DNA of 32,000 nucleotides from an uncultured Acidobacteriota bacterium (GTDB taxonomy: Bacteria > Acidobacteriota > Terriglobia > Terriglobales > Acidobacteriaceae): assembly GCA_963696525.1 (NCBI GenBank), contig CAVOKO010000012.1, positions 955,558 through 987,557 on the forward strand, in the 5' to 3' direction. A program made the translations under genes and the position numbers. This document shows positions 30,352 to 32,000 of this stretch, piece after piece; position 1 is the first letter of the stretch; each line of letters starts with the position of its first letter. The notes beneath the pieces were generated by a model that worked only from the letters and a program-made list of their open reading frames with translations, made no database searches and was not told where the DNA came from.

Positions 30352-31047
30352 TCATTGCCGGGGGCTTTTCTCATCCTCGGTGTAAAGCTCGGGGAACAAC
30401 TTGCGCAAGGCAACCACCTTGGGCGCGTCGTTAAACATGATGTAGGGCTGGCTCGGATGATTCGCGGCATAGTTCTGGTGATAATCCTCTGCCGGATAGA
30501 AGGCCTCAAGAGGCGTGACCTGGGTGACTATGCGGCGCGGGAAAACGCTGGCCCGGTCGAGTTGAGCAATGTAGGCTTCGGCGACGCGCTTCTGTTCCTC
30601 GCCGTCATAGAAGATCGCCGAGCGGTACTGGGTTCCGCTGTCGGGACCTTGGCGGTTCAACTCGGTAGGATCGTGGGCCACGGAAAAGAAGATTCTGAGA
30701 ATCTGCCCATAGCTGATCTGCGCCGGATCGTAGGTAATCTTTACGGATTCCGCGTGGCCGGTATTGCCGCCACAAACCTTTTCATACTCGGCCGTCTGCG
30801 CGGAGCCGCCCGAGTAGCCGGAGACCGCACTGATTACGCCTTTGACGTGCTGGAATACGGCCTGTATGCCCCAGAAACAGCCTCCGGCCACGACGGCGGT
30901 CTGCTGGCCATGAGTGGAAGCCAGTCGAGCGTCCAGCTCGGCGGCGGGCAGGGCAGTGCTGGAGGCATTAGCCGTATTGCAGGCAATCACGCCGGCTATC
31001 GGCAGCATCAGTAACAAAACCGCAAGCGCAGACAGTGACATGGACAT
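30352..31047 (-). CDS. msrA: Peptide-methionine (S)-S-oxide reductase, probably exported or lipid-anchored
   Basis: VVAGGCFWGIQAVFQHVKGVISAVSGYSGG...FFSVAHDPTELNRQGPDSGTQYRSAIFY...YHQNYAANHPSQPYI, preceded by the signal-like MSMSLSALAVLLLMLPIAGVIAC. Confidence 0.95.
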   Translation of the reverse strand: MSMSLSALAVLLLMLPIAGVIACNTANASSTALPAAELDARLASTHGQQTAVVAGGCFWGIQAVFQHVKGVISAVSGYSGGSAQTAEYEKVCGGNTGHAESVKITYDPAQISYGQILRIFFSVAHDPTELNRQGPDSGTQYRSAIFYDGEEQKRVAEAYIAQLDRASVFPRRIVTQVTPLEAFYPAEDYHQNYAANHPSQPYIMFNDAPKVVALRKLFPELYTEDEKSPRQ

Positions 31048-31384
31048 AGACAACTCCAACCTTCTGGAAATCGAGCATGTGCGAATCAAGAATTCCGTCG
31101 TTATTTGGAGTCGAAAATTGGTTAAAGGGTGCAATTCTTTGAGCTAGCTCTCGCCCTAGCGCCGAACTGCGCAAACTTCCCGATCACTACCGCGTTGCAG
31201 AACCGACTCTACGCCGGGGTCCGAAGAACTGCCCCACCCTACCCAACGCCGGGGTAGGATGTGGCCACCGCCATAGGCTCGTGATTTGCGCCAGACGACT
31301 ATTAGCGCCGGAAGGCTTAATCAGGCGGCATTGGTATGCTTCACCGTCAGATCAGCTCAGAAAGATGAGTCCGCGAAGCCGGCG

Positions 31385-31780
31385 TTACGAAATCAAGCGA
31401 AGCGACTTCAACTTCGCGAGTAGCTTGGCCTTATCGATGGGCTTCATGAGGTACGCATCGCAGAGTCCTTTAAATGCCGTCATCACACTCCCAATATCAT
31501 CCAGGGCCGTAGTCATGACGACTTTGGCTGCATCGCTCGATAGAATGTCTGCGTCGTCTTCCAGCTTGCGAATCTGTCTGAGGGCTTCCTGGCCGTCCAT
31601 TTCAGGCATCATGATATCCATGCAGACGAGGTCATAGTGCTGCCCCTGCTCACGGGCGGCCCGAAAAGCCTTGACCGCCTCCTTGCCATTGACCGCGATG
31701 TGGCACTCCCCGTATGGAGTAAGCGATGCTTGCAATAAAAGCCGACTGACAAAGTCGTCTTCAACGATCAGCGTTTTCAT
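31385..31780 (-). CDS. Single-domain response regulator (CheY-like receiver)
   Basis: [20 protein letters not shown]...[23 protein letters not shown]...[10 protein letters not shown]...YLMKPID. Confidence 0.93.
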   Translation of the reverse strand: MKTLIVEDDFVSRLLLQASLTPYGECHIAVNGKEAVKAFRAAREQGQHYDLVCMDIMMPEMDGQEALRQIRKLEDDADILSSDAAKVVMTTALDDIGSVMTAFKGLCDAYLMKPIDKAKLLAKLKSLRLIS

Positions 31781-32000
31781 CTTGGATCCTCCGGTTGTGG
31801 TTTCTGGCCATCTGAGCGTTCAAGACGGCTCTGAGCTGTTCGAATTGTTCTTCCATGCGAGGGAGCAGTTCTACTCCGCCCTTCAGATCATTCGCCAGGA
31901 TCGCTTCCTGCATGGCGTTCGCAGAATCACGCAAGCTGCCGGCGGACAATATGTCTGCCGCTCCCTTCATGGTGTGCACCTGGAGCCGCAGGCCTGGCAA
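31761..32000 (-). CDS. Hpt (histidine phosphotransfer) domain C-terminus, runs off the right edge
   Basis: [55 protein letters not shown]; the H-x-x-K-G-A motif is typical of Hpt. Overlaps the receiver gene start. Confidence 0.8.
   Translation of the reverse strand: MPGLRLQVHTMKGAADILSAGSLRDSANAMQEAILANDLKGGVELLPRMEEQFEQLRAVLNAQMARNHNRRIQDENADR

Noticed and set aside
29863-31014. 383-aa plus-strand ORF
   Set aside because: Antisense to alcohol dehydrogenase and msrA; high-GC shadow frame.

Overview
This 32 kb window looks like an ordinary chromosomal segment from an Acidobacteriota-like bacterium; that taxon is an inference from gene content and protein style, not tested. It is dominated by amino-acid biosynthesis. 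In order: glyA (partial, -), rpiB (-), an NTF2/SnoaL-like protein, a TPR protein, a YtxH-like protein, yceD-rpmF-plsX, a GT4 glycosyltransferase, a LysR regulator divergent from leuA-leuB-leuC-leuD, a second NTF2-like protein, a decayed chimeric duplicate, a minus-strand aromatic operon (chorismate mutase - prephenate dehydratase - DAHP synthase - prephenate dehydrogenase), ilvD-ilvC, a metallophosphoesterase, a methyltransferase, an aldehyde dehydrogenase, proA, a HExxH protein, an ABC ATPase, a zinc alcohol dehydrogenase, msrA, a CheY-like receiver and an Hpt-domain protein. The strongest unannotated signal is a complete Tyr/Phe-rich leader-peptide attenuator upstream of the aromatic operon (about 17409-17613, minus strand). 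It has a promoter-like pair, a 31-aa leader peptide with 8 Tyr/Phe codons in its first 16, a perfect 12-bp terminator stem with a T tract, and a competing antiterminator pairing. A second notable signal is a degenerate copy at about 13558-14055 in which an NTF2-like N-terminus is fused to a TyrA C-terminal fragment. Many conserved genes (plsX, ilvC, lysR, tyrA, the aldehyde dehydrogenase and others) carry apparent 1-nt frameshifts, which most likely reflect draft-assembly errors. I found no CRISPR array, phage, transposon or defence system.
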